Shown: positions 50,447-60,410 of the stretch, one piece after another
Layout: each line of letters opens with the position of its first letter
Position numbering within the stretch: position 1 is the stretch's first letter
Source: an uncultured Chloroflexia bacterium
GTDB lineage: Bacteria; Chloroflexota; Limnocylindria; Limnocylindrales; CSP1-4
DNA: 64,000 nt
Assembly: GCA_963828165.1 (NCBI GenBank)
Contig: CAWHDR010000005.1
Span: 32,001 to 96,000 of the forward strand
Direction: 5' to 3'
Notes under the pieces: generated by a model
Seen by the model: the letters and a program-made list of their open reading frames with translations, nothing else
Told to the model about the DNA's origin: nothing
Databases searched by the model: none
Program-made: the position numbers and the translations under genes

Positions 50447-50868
50447 CACATTGGTTCGATCTCTGTGGTCTCGACGGCACAACCGGCGTCGTGGACGCGC
50501 AAGACCGCGTGCGTGAGGCTCCCCGAAGCGATGGCCAAGGTCCCTTCGCAAGGGACTCCGTTCACCCGAAGGCTCACCAGCCCCGGAAGTTTGATCAAGC
50601 TCGCCTCGATGGCGGCGCCGCTCGGGATCCGGGTGGTCTGCGCTTCGACGACGAATCCCTCCGGCAGCGCGACGAATTCGATCACCAGCGGCCTCGTCGC
50701 ACGCCGGGGATCTCCCTCGACCAGCGCGCTACCTGGGCCTGGCTGGTTCTCAGTCCCAGCAATGTGCGTCTCCCCTGGCCCGATGCCGGGCAGATAGCCG
50801 CAGGCGGCCGCGGTCAGCGAAAGCGCGATCACGGGAACGAGACGGCGGTTCCGAGAGGTATTCAGCAC
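50446..50868 (-). CDS. Hypothetical lipoprotein
   Basis: Basic N-terminus, hydrophobic core, AAAC lipobox; stop overlaps the alkZ-like ATG. Confidence 0.55.
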   Translation of the reverse strand: MLNTSRNRRLVPVIALSLTAAACGYLPGIGPGETHIAGTENQPGPGSALVEGDPRRATRPLVIEFVALPEGFVVEAQTTRIPSGAAIEASLIKLPGLVSLRVNGVPCEGTLAIASGSLTHAVLRVHDAGCAVETTEIEPM

Positions 50869-50988
50869 GCTCCTGATCCCTCGAGGGGAACTGCGGTCGT
50901 CCGATCCCTGATCACGATGGTGGCGCATCGACGGCGGCTCGCAATGCACTCCCGCCACGCCGCGCCGGCTCTCGCGGTGTGTTGGGCG

Positions 50989-51064
50989 TGGCGCCCCCGG
51001 ACGGATTCGAACCGCCGACGCAGGCCTTAGGACGGCCTCGCTCTATCCACTGAGCTACGGGGGC
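50989..51064 (-). tRNA. tRNA-Arg (CCT)
   Basis: GCCCCCGTAGCTCAGTGGATAGAGC, AGGCC-GT-CCT-AA-GGCCT, TTCGAATCC, CCA. Confidence 0.95.
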
Positions 51065-51138
51065 GCGGCCGCCATCGTACCGCCGAGATCCCGGTTTCCG
51101 GCGCCAACGCTCGCAGGATGCTCACGTACGATGCTCCG

Positions 51139-52350
51139 ATGACCACGGAGGTGATCGTCGTCGGCGGCGGGATCGTCGGTTGCGCCACGGCCTACTACTG
51201 CGCTCGCGACGGCATGCGGGTGACCCTGCTTGAACAGCAGACGGTCGGGTACGGCGCGTCCGGCCGCAATGTCGGCTTCCTGTGGCTCCACTGTCGCACC
51301 GCTGGCTTCGCGCTCGACATCGCGCGGGCCGGCCGGACCCTGTATCCGGAGCTCCTTCAGGAATTGCCGGGCGGGTTCGAATTCCGACCAAGTGGCGGGC
51401 TGATGTACTTCACCACCCCCGAACAGGGCGCGGTCTTCGAGGAGTTCGTCGCCGCGCGGAGGAGCGACGGCCTCGACATGACCCTGATCGACGGAGCGGA
51501 GGTGCGGCGCCTCGTGCCTCCAATCCGCGAGGACGTCCTGGGCGCGAGCTACTGCGGCGACGATGCGCAGATCGTGACGTCCACCGTCGTCGACGCCTTC
51601 GCCCGTGGCGCGATGGCGGAGGGTGCCACGATCCGCGAGGGTGTCACGGTCGAGCGGCTGGTCGTCTCGGGCGACCGGGTCGAGGCGGTCGAGACCGATG
51701 CCGGCCGATTCAGCGGTGATGCGATCGTCGTCGCCACGGGCGCATGGAGCACCGATCTGCTGGCCGATGTCGATGTCGATGTCCCGATCGGCGGCGAGCG
51801 CCTGCAGGTCGCGATGACCGGACCACAGCCGTTCTGGATCGAGCCGCTGGTGTTCGGTCCGAACGCGACCAAGCAATACGCGCTGTTCCGCGACCTGCCG
51901 TCGTGGGACCCGGCCGCATTCACCACCCCGGGACAGGATCGCGATGGCCTCGTCCTGCTGCCGCTCCTGGTCCAGCGGGCGTCCGGCGAGCTCAGCGTCG
52001 GATGCGCGACGGACTATCCGGGCGAGCTCGATGCGCACCCGACGCTCGCCGGGCTGGCACAGATCGCGGACGGGTTGACGGCCGACTTCCCGTCGCTGCG
52101 CGACGTGCCGATCACCCGGACGTGGGCCGGCCTCCTCCCCTTCACCTCCGACCACGCGCCCGTCATCGACGAGGTGATGCCCGGCCTGTTCGTCGGCGCC
52201 GGCCACACCTTCGGGAACACCGCGGGCCCGGTGACGGGCCGCGTCCTGAGCCAGCTCATCGCCGGCCAAGAGCCCCAGTTCGACATCAGCGAATGTCGCT
52301 ACGGCCGCCCGCTCGACCCCATCGTCGTCGGCGCGCCGACGCACTGGTAG
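51139..52350 (+). CDS. FAD-dependent oxidoreductase (DAO / sarcosine oxidase beta-like)
   Basis: GGGIVG, GASGRN.G, ATGAWS, WAG..PFT.D..PVI, GH..G. Confidence 0.87.
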   Translation: MTTEVIVVGGGIVGCATAYYCARDGMRVTLLEQQTVGYGASGRNVGFLWLHCRTAGFALDIARAGRTLYPELLQELPGGFEFRPSGGLMYFTTPEQGAVFEEFVAARRSDGLDMTLIDGAEVRRLVPPIREDVLGASYCGDDAQIVTSTVVDAFARGAMAEGATIREGVTVERLVVSGDRVEAVETDAGRFSGDAIVVATGAWSTDLLADVDVDVPIGGERLQVAMTGPQPFWIEPLVFGPNATKQYALFRDLPSWDPAAFTTPGQDRDGLVLLPLLVQRASGELSVGCATDYPGELDAHPTLAGLAQIADGLTADFPSLRDVPITRTWAGLLPFTSDHAPVIDEVMPGLFVGAGHTFGNTAGPVTGRVLSQLIAGQEPQFDISECRYGRPLDPIVVGAPTHW

Positions 52351-52409
52351 ATCGCGGCGACCGGCTGCAAGGAGCGGAACCCGTTCGGGATCCCGGGCGT
52401 CCCGACGCC

Positions 52410-52442
52410 ATGACCGCCGTGCCTCCCTACGGCGGTCATTTC
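52410..52442 (+). terminator. Probable intrinsic terminator
   Basis: Perfect 11-bp stem ATGACCGCCGT/ACGGCGGTCAT followed by TTT. Confidence 0.5.
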
Positions 52443-52486
52443 CATCATCGGGGCCGGACGCGGTCGCCACGTACAATCCGAGCGCG

Positions 52487-52807
52487 ATGTCCGGCACTCC
52501 CCTCCCCGACCTGATCCTGTACGGCCGCGCCGATTGCGGGCTCTGTGATGAAGCCCGCGAGCTGCTGCGAGCGCTCCTCGAGGAGCGGCGCCAGGGAGCG
52601 CTCCCGACGCCGCCGCTGCGGGAGGTCGACATCGAGTCCGATCCCGCCCTCGAGCGCGCCTTCTTCGCAGCGATCCCGGTCGTCGAGCTCGGCGATCGGC
52701 GGCTCGAGACCGTCACGAGCCTCGCCAAGGTGCGCCGCCTCCTCACCGACGTCCTCGACGGCGATGTCGCCGCGCCGACCAACCCGGAAGCCGCAACGAC
52801 CGCATGA
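52487..52807 (+). CDS. Glutaredoxin-like protein (DUF836)
   Basis: LYGR.DCGLCDEA, VDI, IPVV. Confidence 0.82.
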   Translation: MSGTPLPDLILYGRADCGLCDEARELLRALLEERRQGALPTPPLREVDIESDPALERAFFAAIPVVELGDRRLETVTSLAKVRRLLTDVLDGDVAAPTNPEAATTA

Positions 52808-53640
52808 CCGGCGGCACCGACCTCACGATCCTCCTGGCGCTGGCGGCCGGGGTCATCAGCTTCCTGTCGCCATGCGTCCTGCCGCTCGTGCCCGCGTACC
52901 TCGGTCAGCTGTCCGCGATCGCCGTCGCCGGTCGGGCAAGCGAGATGACAGCCCCGAACCGATGGCTGGCCGTTCGCCACGCCTTCGCCTATGTCGCTGG
53001 ATTCGGTGCCGTGTTCACGCTCCTGGGCGTCACCGCGACGTACCTGGCTTCCGGACTCGCGGCCTACATCCCGACCCTGCGCGTGATCGGCGGGCTCATC
53101 CTCATCGTGCTCGGCCTGAACCTGGCCGGGATCCTGCGCATCGCCGCGCTCGAGCGCACCTGGCGCCCGCTCGATGCCGGCGCGGCCGGCAGCCTGGCCA
53201 CGACGACGGGCTCGATCGCCCTCGGGACGCCGGGCCGGCCGCCCGGCACCGGGACCAGCCTTGGAGATCGTCTCGGTGGGCGGCTCATCGGCACGAACGG
53301 CGGCCTGCTCGCCTCGTTCGGACTGGGAGCGATCTTCGCGATCGGCTGGAGCCCCTGCATCGGCATCATCCTCGGTGGGATCCTGACGATGGCCGCCACG
53401 ACCGGCACGGTCGTGGCGGGCGCTGTCCTCCTCATCGCCTACACCCTGGGTCTCGGGTTGCCGTTCATCGCGATCGCGCTCGTCTACGACCGCGCGCCCG
53501 GGCTCATCCGTCCGCTCGTTCGCCACGGCCGCACGGTGTCCCTCATCGGAGGCCTGCTGGTGGCCCTGATCGGCGTGGCGATGGTCTTCGACTGGCTGTC
53601 GCTGATGCCGCGCTACTTCACGTTCCTCACGGCCATCTGA
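52804..53640 (+). CDS. ccdA: CcdA thiol-disulfide membrane transporter
   Basis: SFLSPCVLPLVPAY, GWSPCIG, Y.LGLG.PF. Confidence 0.9.
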   Translation: MTGGTDLTILLALAAGVISFLSPCVLPLVPAYLGQLSAIAVAGRASEMTAPNRWLAVRHAFAYVAGFGAVFTLLGVTATYLASGLAAYIPTLRVIGGLILIVLGLNLAGILRIAALERTWRPLDAGAAGSLATTTGSIALGTPGRPPGTGTSLGDRLGGRLIGTNGGLLASFGLGAIFAIGWSPCIGIILGGILTMAATTGTVVAGAVLLIAYTLGLGLPFIAIALVYDRAPGLIRPLVRHGRTVSLIGGLLVALIGVAMVFDWLSLMPRYFTFLTAI

Positions 53641-53647
53641 GCGGTCT

Positions 53648-54346
53648 GTGGCCGAGGAGCGACCCGGGTTCAGCCACAAGCGCGAGCGCCACGGCCTGAT
53701 CGGCCCGTTCAGCGGTCGCCAATTGCTCCTCGGGGCCGTGGCGATCGCGATCGTGGCGATCATCGGCGTGGCGATCACGACTCCGCTCGGCAACACCTCG
53801 ATCGGCCCGAACCTCGTCAATCCCCAGGCCACCCCGTTCATCATCGGGGAGGCGCCGGCCCAGGGCCTGCGGGCGGGCGAGACGGCACCCGAGCTCGCGA
53901 CCGTTCTCGTTGACGGCACGACCTATCAGCTGACCGACCTCGACGGCCGGCCGATCCGGCTCGACGCACTCCGCGGCAAGGTCGTGTGGCTCAACTTCTG
54001 GGCGTCGTGGTGCCCGCCGTGCCAGCAGGAGACGCCGATCTTGCGCGCGCTCGATGCGAAGTACCGCGACCAGGGGCTCGCGATCGTCGGTGTCAGCGTC
54101 CAGGAGACGACTCCGACCGACGTGAGCGCGTACGCCGACCGGTACGAGCTCGACTACACCATCGGCTTCGACGGATCCGGGCACATCCTGCGGACCTACC
54201 GGGTGTTCGCGCTTCCGACCCAGTTCTTCATCGACACGAACGGTGTCATCCAGCTCGTCCTCAACGGCCCGGTCGACGAGGCCGGGGCGTCGGCCCTGAT
54301 CGAATCGATGCTTGGCGCCGTCCCGTCCGAACCGGAGCCGTCGTAG
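53648..54346 (+). CDS. TlpA/ResA family membrane-anchored thiol-disulfide oxidoreductase
   Basis: TM; LNFWASWCPPC..E.P, LPT.FFID. Confidence 0.9.
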   Translation: MAEERPGFSHKRERHGLIGPFSGRQLLLGAVAIAIVAIIGVAITTPLGNTSIGPNLVNPQATPFIIGEAPAQGLRAGETAPELATVLVDGTTYQLTDLDGRPIRLDALRGKVVWLNFWASWCPPCQQETPILRALDAKYRDQGLAIVGVSVQETTPTDVSAYADRYELDYTIGFDGSGHILRTYRVFALPTQFFIDTNGVIQLVLNGPVDEAGASALIESMLGAVPSEPEPS

Positions 54347-54393
54347 GGCGCCGTCCCCCATGATCATCGCCATACTTGTGGCGAGGTGAGGCG

Positions 54394-54864
54394 ATGAACG
54401 CGATCGACGTCCTGACGTACGGGCAGAAGACCATCCTGGCGACGATGAGCCGTTACCGGCCCGACGACTGGGACCGGATCGCCCTCGGGGTCTGGACGGC
54501 GAAGGACCTGCTCGGGCACCTCGGGGCCTTCGAAGTCCGGTTCGCGGACATCCTCGCGACGTTCGTCGGCGCACCGCCAGTCTCCGACCTGATGCGTGCG
54601 GACCCACGCACGTTCAACGACGACCAGGCCGCGATCCGCAAGGACTGGACCATCGAGCAGGTCACCCACGAGTTCCTCGACGCCAACGAGCGGGTGATGA
54701 CCCACGCCGCGGCGATCACGCCCGAACGCTGGCGCGAGGTCGGGACCATCCCCTGGTACGGCGCGGAGTACTCGCTCGACGACCTGCTCGTGTACCAGAT
54801 GTATGCCCACAAGCGGGAACACGATCCGCAGCTCAGCGCCGTCCTCGAGGCGCCGGACCGGTAG
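54394..54864 (+). CDS. DinB/MDMPI-superfamily protein
   Basis: GVWTAKDLLGHL...E; C-terminal H..EH; GAGGTGAGG SD. Confidence 0.72.
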   Translation: MNAIDVLTYGQKTILATMSRYRPDDWDRIALGVWTAKDLLGHLGAFEVRFADILATFVGAPPVSDLMRADPRTFNDDQAAIRKDWTIEQVTHEFLDANERVMTHAAAITPERWREVGTIPWYGAEYSLDDLLVYQMYAHKREHDPQLSAVLEAPDR

Positions 54865-54866
54865 GG

Positions 54867-55733
54867 TCAGACCGGCTCGAACCGGAAGCGGTCTCGATCG
54901 CGCTCGAGGCGGCCGACTGGCCGCTTCGACTCGTGCGACAGCACGATCAGCCAGCCTTCGTCGACCGCCTGCGCGAACAGCTCGAGCTTGCGCAGCACCG
55001 AATCGAGCGGGAAGTCGTCGAAGGACGTGACCCAGCGTGGGTTGGCGCCCCACGGCCGCATGAACAGGTCACCGAAGAACGCCACGGTCCGTGAGCCGTC
55101 GCCAGTGCCCCGGACGATCACGGCCTGGTGGCCCGCGGAGTGTCCACCCGTCGGCACGACGGTGACGCCGGGGAGGATCTCGCGTTCGCCCTCGGCCCAA
55201 CCTTCCGAGCCCCAATCGTGGACGAGCCGTAGCTCCGGCTGGACGTACGAAGCCACGACGCGCGGGTTGTCGCCCAGCGCCACCTCCCATTCGGCCTTCT
55301 GGGCGACGACGGTGGCTCGCGGGAACGCGCGCGAACCGTCCGTCAGCAGCAGGCCGCCGGCATGGTCGAAATGGAGGTGGCTCAAGGCCACGACATCGAC
55401 GCTGTCGGGGGCGAAGCCGGCGGTCTCCAGGGCCGGCACGACCGGCGGGCCCTCGTAGACTCGCATCGCCCTCGTCTTGTCGTCGACCCGCTCGCCGATG
55501 CCGGTCTCGACCAGCACGCGTCCGGCCGGCGTCTCCACCAGCAGGCAGTTCAGCGCCTGGAGGAGCCGATGCTCATGGTCGATCTCGTCGGTGACGAGGC
55601 CACCCCACAGCACGCGCGGCACGGGGCCGAAGAGCGTGCCTGCGTCCGATCGGAAGGTCCCGGCCTGGACGAGCGCGACGCGGGTCCCGCCGCCCAGCTC
55701 GGCCTGCCATGGAACCGACTCGTTGAGCGCCAC
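54867..55733 (-). CDS. MBL-fold hydrolase (YtnP-like)
   Basis: D.G..FG.VP, SHLHFDHAGG, TGGHS.GHQ, GD, H. Confidence 0.85.
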   Translation of the reverse strand: MALNESVPWQAELGGGTRVALVQAGTFRSDAGTLFGPVPRVLWGGLVTDEIDHEHRLLQALNCLLVETPAGRVLVETGIGERVDDKTRAMRVYEGPPVVPALETAGFAPDSVDVVALSHLHFDHAGGLLLTDGSRAFPRATVVAQKAEWEVALGDNPRVVASYVQPELRLVHDWGSEGWAEGEREILPGVTVVPTGGHSAGHQAVIVRGTGDGSRTVAFFGDLFMRPWGANPRWVTSFDDFPLDSVLRKLELFAQAVDEGWLIVLSHESKRPVGRLERDRDRFRFEPV

Positions 55734-55737
55734 GGGA

Positions 55738-56310
55738 TCAGTCCTTCACGAAGTCCCGGTGGAAGGCCGACGCCGTCGGCTCCTTCTGGCCCTGGTAGCG
55801 CGAGCGCAGCTCGGGCGACCCGTACGGCCGATCGACCGGGGACGACATCGTGAAGAACGAGATCTGCCCGATCCGCATGCCGTGGTACAGCGCGATCGGC
55901 AGCGTCGCGACATTGGAGAGTTCGAGCGTCAGGTTGCCCTTCCACCCTGGGTCCACGAAGCCCGCCGTGGAATGGATCAGGAGCCCAAGTCTCCCCAAGG
56001 AACTTTTCCCCTCCAATCGCGAGACGATGTCGTTCGGGAGCTCGACGAATTCGAGCGTCTGGCCAAGCACGAATTCGCCGGGGTGCAGGATGAACGGCTC
56101 GTCGTCCTCGATCGTCAGCATCTCGGTCAGGTCAGGCTGGGGGGCGCGGACATCGATGTAGGGGTAGCGGTTGTTCCGGAAGACCCGGAACGAGCGGTCC
56201 AGATGCAGGTCGACCGACGACGGCTGGATGTCTTCCGGGTCGTAGGGCTCGATCCTGATCGTTCCCGCCTCGAGCGCGGCCCGGATGTCGCGGTCCGACA
56301 GGACGCTCAC
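55738..56310 (-). CDS. dcd: dCTP deaminase
   Basis: [40 protein letters not shown]. Confidence 0.95.
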   Translation of the reverse strand: MSVLSDRDIRAALEAGTIRIEPYDPEDIQPSSVDLHLDRSFRVFRNNRYPYIDVRAPQPDLTEMLTIEDDEPFILHPGEFVLGQTLEFVELPNDIVSRLEGKSSLGRLGLLIHSTAGFVDPGWKGNLTLELSNVATLPIALYHGMRIGQISFFTMSSPVDRPYGSPELRSRYQGQKEPTASAFHRDFVKD

Positions 56311-56780
56311 GCAGCGCCCCCGTTGCCCTTCTCGTTGTAGAGCGTGTCGACCTCGCGCTTGAGATCCTCGAGGTCCTCGAAGCTCTGATACACGCTGGCG
56401 AACCGGATGTAGGCGATCTGGTCGATGCCCCGGAGCGCCTCCATCGACAGCGCGCCGACGCGAGACGAGGGGACCTCGGTGACACCGGCGGCGCGCAGTT
56501 CCGCCTCGATGCCGTCGGCTGCGGCCTCGGCGGCCCCGTCTGGGACGGGCCGGCGCGTCAACGCCTTGCGCAAGCCGGTGACCAGCCGGTCCCGGTCGAA
56601 CTCCTGGCGGGTGCCGTCACGCTTGATGACGACGAGGCGGGCAGCCTCGATCCGCTCGTAGGTCGTGAATCGCATCGTGCAGGCGTTGCATTCGCGCCGG
56701 CGCCGGATGGTGGCGGAATCGTCCAGATCGCGCGAGTCGACGACGCGGGTGTCCCGCTCGCCGCATTGGGGGCAGCGCAT
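56307..56780 (-). CDS. nrdR: Transcriptional repressor NrdR
   Basis: MRCPQC, V.DSR, IRRRREC..C..RFTTYE, ATP-cone, AYIRFASVY. Confidence 0.96.
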   Translation of the reverse strand: MRCPQCGERDTRVVDSRDLDDSATIRRRRECNACTMRFTTYERIEAARLVVIKRDGTRQEFDRDRLVTGLRKALTRRPVPDGAAEAAADGIEAELRAAGVTEVPSSRVGALSMEALRGIDQIAYIRFASVYQSFEDLEDLKREVDTLYNEKGNGGAA

Positions 56781-56800
56781 CGCTCTCCTGTCGCTCCGCA

Positions 56801-56848
56801 CCACTACCACTTGTGGTGTGCGACGAGGATACCACTACATGGTGTGGT
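56801..56848. promoter_or_regulatory. Tandem NrdR boxes
   Basis: CACTACCACTTGTG (56802) and CACTACATGGTGTG (56833), 31 bp apart, resembling CACwAtATaTwGTG. Confidence 0.7.
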
Positions 56849-57416
56849 CAGAGCGCGGCTCGCGCAGTGCTCGTGGTTCCGGCGGCGCCGGAGCGAGGGT
56901 CGCGTCCATGGCCTCGGCACGAGCCGCGTGGGCGTGGATGGCTTCACGGGCGTGAACGAGGTTGAGGTACCCGCGCTTGATCGAGGTCTGGGCTTCCAGC
57001 TCCCGCCCGCGACGGATGGTCTGGGCCAGGATCGTCGCGCCATGGCCGACCATCGCGAGGGCGCGATCGGCGCGTTCGAGCTCTGCGACCAGGTCGTCGC
57101 GGATCGACTCGGCTGCCGGCGGGCCATGCAACGCCCGAGCCTCATCGGTATAGCGGGAGATGGCGTCGGTCGCGGCCTCGATGGTCGCGCCGATCGTGGC
57201 AGCCCCCAGCTGCTGGCGACGGACGGCGTCGATGCGGCCGGCGGCGCCCTCGAGCGACTGGTCGATGCGGCCGGCGAGCTCGCGCACGGATGAGCGGAAG
57301 CTCTCGACCTCGCGGGTCCGGGCCACGATCCGGCCCGCTCGCCGAAGGACGATCGCGAAACCCACGGCGAGGATGAGGAACGCCGCCAGCGGCAGCAGGA
57401 TGGCGAGCTCGGTCAC
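56835..57416 (-). CDS. Hypothetical protein (N-terminal TM + helical domain)
   Basis: GTG start TELAILLPLAAFL; Ala/Arg-rich helices; 3' end uncertain. Confidence 0.65.
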   Translation of the reverse strand: MTELAILLPLAAFLILAVGFAIVLRRAGRIVARTREVESFRSSVRELAGRIDQSLEGAAGRIDAVRRQQLGAATIGATIEAATDAISRYTDEARALHGPPAAESIRDDLVAELERADRALAMVGHGATILAQTIRRGRELEAQTSIKRGYLNLVHAREAIHAHAARAEAMDATLAPAPPEPRALREPRSDHTM

Positions 57417-57441
57417 CGGTGTCGTCCCCGAGGCCGCTGGG

Positions 57442-58422
57442 TCAGCCCGACCGTTCGCGCAGCTGCGCGAGGATCGCCTGGCCGACCTCGACGAGGTCGC
57501 CCACCACGACCATGTCCGCGAAATCCGCGATCGGCGCGTCCGGGTCGCGGTTGACCGCGACGATCGTGGAGGCGGTCTGCATCCCGACCTTGTGCTGGAT
57601 GGCACCGCTGATGCCCATCGCGAGGTACAGCTGTGGCTTGACGATCTTGCCGGTCTGGCCGATCTGCTGGCTATACGGGATCCAGCCTGAATCGACCGCG
57701 GCCCGCGTCGCACCTACCGCGCCACCCAGCGCCTCGGCGAGGTCCGCGATGAGGCCGAATCCTTCCGGCCCGCCCACGCCACGACCGCCGGCGACGATGA
57801 TCCGCGCGTCGTCGATGGACGCGGCCGCGCCCTGCGCCTCGATGCGATCGACGATCGGGACGGCGGGCTGCGTCAACTCCCCGGTCGGGGCCACCGTCTC
57901 GACGTTGCCGGCGCTGTCGGCGGCCTCAGCGGTCACCGTGTTCGGGCGGATGGTGACGATGCCGCGCCCGTCGGACAGGGCGCTCTCGGTGATGAGCTTG
58001 CCGCCGAACACGCTGTGGGTCGCGATGGGGCCGTCCGGCGATCCTCGCAGCGCGATCGCATTGGCCAGCACGCCGCGGCCGGTCAGGGCGGACAGGGCGC
58101 CGGCGAGGTCCCGTCCTTCCGGCCCAGCCCCGGCAAGGACGACGTCCGGGTCGTGCTCCTCGAGGAGCGCGGCCAGTCGCTGGGCCACGATCGTGCCGGC
58201 GGCGTGGTCGGTGGTCGTGGGTTCCGTGACCGCGAGAACGCGGGGCACGAAACGAGCGAGCTCCGCGGCTGCAGCGGCCGGATCCGCGCCGATCACGACG
58301 CCCGTCACCTCGGCACCGCCGCTCTCCCCGGCCAGCGCGCGTGCCAGCGTCGCGACCTCCGTCGAGAGCTTGGCCAACGACCCGTCCGCCGCGAGCTCGC
58401 CGTGGACCCAGATGCCGGCCAT
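57442..58422 (-). CDS. etfA: Electron transfer flavoprotein alpha subunit
   Basis: VAGGRG, GATRAAVD, QIGQTGK, GISGAIQH..GM, N.D.DAPI. Confidence 0.95.
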   Translation of the reverse strand: MAGIWVHGELAADGSLAKLSTEVATLARALAGESGGAEVTGVVIGADPAAAAAELARFVPRVLAVTEPTTTDHAAGTIVAQRLAALLEEHDPDVVLAGAGPEGRDLAGALSALTGRGVLANAIALRGSPDGPIATHSVFGGKLITESALSDGRGIVTIRPNTVTAEAADSAGNVETVAPTGELTQPAVPIVDRIEAQGAAASIDDARIIVAGGRGVGGPEGFGLIADLAEALGGAVGATRAAVDSGWIPYSQQIGQTGKIVKPQLYLAMGISGAIQHKVGMQTASTIVAVNRDPDAPIADFADMVVVGDLVEVGQAILAQLRERSG

Positions 58423-59213
58423 CAGATGAGCCTCCGCTCGGCGAGGAGCGCCACGACCTGGCGTGCGGCCTCGTCTGGTTCCTCGCGGACGACGCGGGTC
58501 GGGGCGCGCGGCTCGGGCGCGCGAGAGTCCACGACCTTCGTGGTCGCGCCCGCCGTGCCGACGGTGGCCGCGTCGATCTCCAGATCCGCCAGGGTGAGGG
58601 TCGTGATCTCCTTGTTGCGCGCCGCCATGATCCCCTTGAGCGACGGGTAGCGCGGCTCGCCCAGGGCCTGGGTGCCGCTGATGAGCGCCGGCATCGGCGC
58701 CTCGAGCACGTCGTACCCCGACGCCGTGATGCGGTTGACCCGGACCTTGCCGGTGGCGGTGTCCGGCTCGATCGAGGCGGCATAGGACAGGTACGGCAGC
58801 CCGGCCAGCGCCGCGACGCCCGGAGCGACGACGCCGGCACCGCCGTCCGACGTGTCCACGCCGGCGAGCACGAGATCGAATTCGAGGGTCTTGAGCGCGG
58901 CGGCGAGGATCCGTGTCGTGGCGACCGTGCACGAGCCGCCGATGGGTGGGTCCGTCACGAGCACGCCGCGCGTGGCGCCCATGGCCAGCGCCTTGCGCAT
59001 CGTCTCGGGCGCGGTTGCCGGGGCCATCGTCAGCAGGACGACCTCGCCGTCACCGGCCGCCTCGACAAGCTTGAGCGCCTTCTCGAGGACGTACTCGTCA
59101 TTGCCGTTCACGACCGCTGGGCTGTTCGTCCGATCCAGGCGCCCATCGGCGCCCAGCCGTTCACCACCCGACGCCGGGTCGGGGACGGGCTTGGTGAGGA
59201 CGACGATTCGCAC
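58422..59213 (-). CDS. etfB: Electron transfer flavoprotein beta subunit
   Basis: K.VPD, N..D..E.AL, ALAMGA, G....DG, PRYPSLKGIM. Confidence 0.95.
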   Translation of the reverse strand: MRIVVLTKPVPDPASGGERLGADGRLDRTNSPAVVNGNDEYVLEKALKLVEAAGDGEVVLLTMAPATAPETMRKALAMGATRGVLVTDPPIGGSCTVATTRILAAALKTLEFDLVLAGVDTSDGGAGVVAPGVAALAGLPYLSYAASIEPDTATGKVRVNRITASGYDVLEAPMPALISGTQALGEPRYPSLKGIMAARNKEITTLTLADLEIDAATVGTAGATTKVVDSRAPEPRAPTRVVREEPDEAARQVVALLAERRLI

Positions 59214-59234
59214 GAGCCTTGGACCTCCCGCCGG

Positions 59235-60410
59235 TCAGCCGCCCTTGCCGAGCAGTGCCCGTGCGATGACCAGCCGTTGGATCTGTTGAGTCCCCTCGTA
59301 CAGCTGCGTGATCTTCGCATCACGCATCATCCGCTCGACCGGGAACTCATCGATATAGCCATAACCACCCAGGACCTGGACGGCGTCGGTCGTGACCCGC
59401 ATGGCATTGTCACCGGCCACGAGTTTACACAGCGCCGACCACCGACTCGCGTCGGGAGCGCCCGCGTCGATCTCGACGCAGGCCTTGTACAGCAGCTGAC
59501 GTGCGGCTTCGGTGCCCGCGTCCATGTCCGCCAGCATGCCGCCGATCATCTGGAAATCCCCGATGCGCTGGCCGAACTGCTTGCGGTCCCGCGCGTAGGC
59601 GGTCGCGACCTCGAGGGCGCCCTGGGCGATACCGACGGCCTGCGCCGCGATCCCCGGCCGGCTGCGGTCCAGCGTGCGCATCGCGATGTCGAAGCCGTCG
59701 CCTTCCGCGCCGAGGAGGTTCGCCGCGGGCACGCGGACCTTGTCGAAGGCGAGCTCGGCGGTCGGGCTTCCCCGCAGGCCCATCTTGTGCTCGATCCTGG
59801 TGACCGCGAAGCCGTCGGTCGGGACCTCGACGACGAATGCGGACAAGCGCCGATGGCGCTCGGCCTCCGGATCCGTGACCGCGAAGACCACCAGCAGATC
59901 CGCGACCGAGCCGTGGCTGATGAACCGCTTGGCCCCGTCGATGAGGTAGTCCTCGCCGTCGCGGACGGCCCGGGTGCGGGCGGCGGCGACGTCGGAGCCC
60001 GCCTCGGCCTCGGTCAGGGCGAACGCGATGAGCTGCTCACCGCTGGCCAGCTTCGGGAACCAGCGGGACCGCTGCTCGTCGGTGCCGGCGATCGTGATCG
60101 GGAGCGAGCCGAGCTCCTGGACCGCCAGGATCAGACCAGTCGTCGCGCAGGCCCGGCTGAGCTGTTCCACGGCGAGACAGACGCTGAGGAGCTCGCCACC
60201 GAGGCCACCATGCTCCTCCGGGAACGGCAGCGCCAGGATGTCGTGGTCGGCGAGAAGGCCCCGCAGGTCCTCGGGGAATTCGGCGGTGCGATCGATGTCC
60301 GCCGCGCGGGGAGCCACGCGCTCGTCCGCGAGCACGCGAACGGCGTCGCGGAGCATCTCGTGCTCCTCCGTGAGGCGGAACGGCCCGGGGGCGCGGTTCG
60401 CGGTGGTCAC
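59235..60410 (-). CDS. Acyl-CoA dehydrogenase
   Basis: FALTE.EAGSD, G.K.FI, KMGLRGS.T, R.QFG..I, Q.LGGYGY, RDAKITQLYEGT. Confidence 0.92.
   Translation of the reverse strand: MTTANRAPGPFRLTEEHEMLRDAVRVLADERVAPRAADIDRTAEFPEDLRGLLADHDILALPFPEEHGGLGGELLSVCLAVEQLSRACATTGLILAVQELGSLPITIAGTDEQRSRWFPKLASGEQLIAFALTEAEAGSDVAAARTRAVRDGEDYLIDGAKRFISHGSVADLLVVFAVTDPEAERHRRLSAFVVEVPTDGFAVTRIEHKMGLRGSPTAELAFDKVRVPAANLLGAEGDGFDIAMRTLDRSRPGIAAQAVGIAQGALEVATAYARDRKQFGQRIGDFQMIGGMLADMDAGTEAARQLLYKACVEIDAGAPDASRWSALCKLVAGDNAMRVTTDAVQVLGGYGYIDEFPVERMMRDAKITQLYEGTQQIQRLVIARALLGKGG

Noticed and set aside
45592-51064. Genomic island integrated at tRNA-Arg
   Set aside because: No integrase, and I found no duplicated tRNA 3' end (att site).
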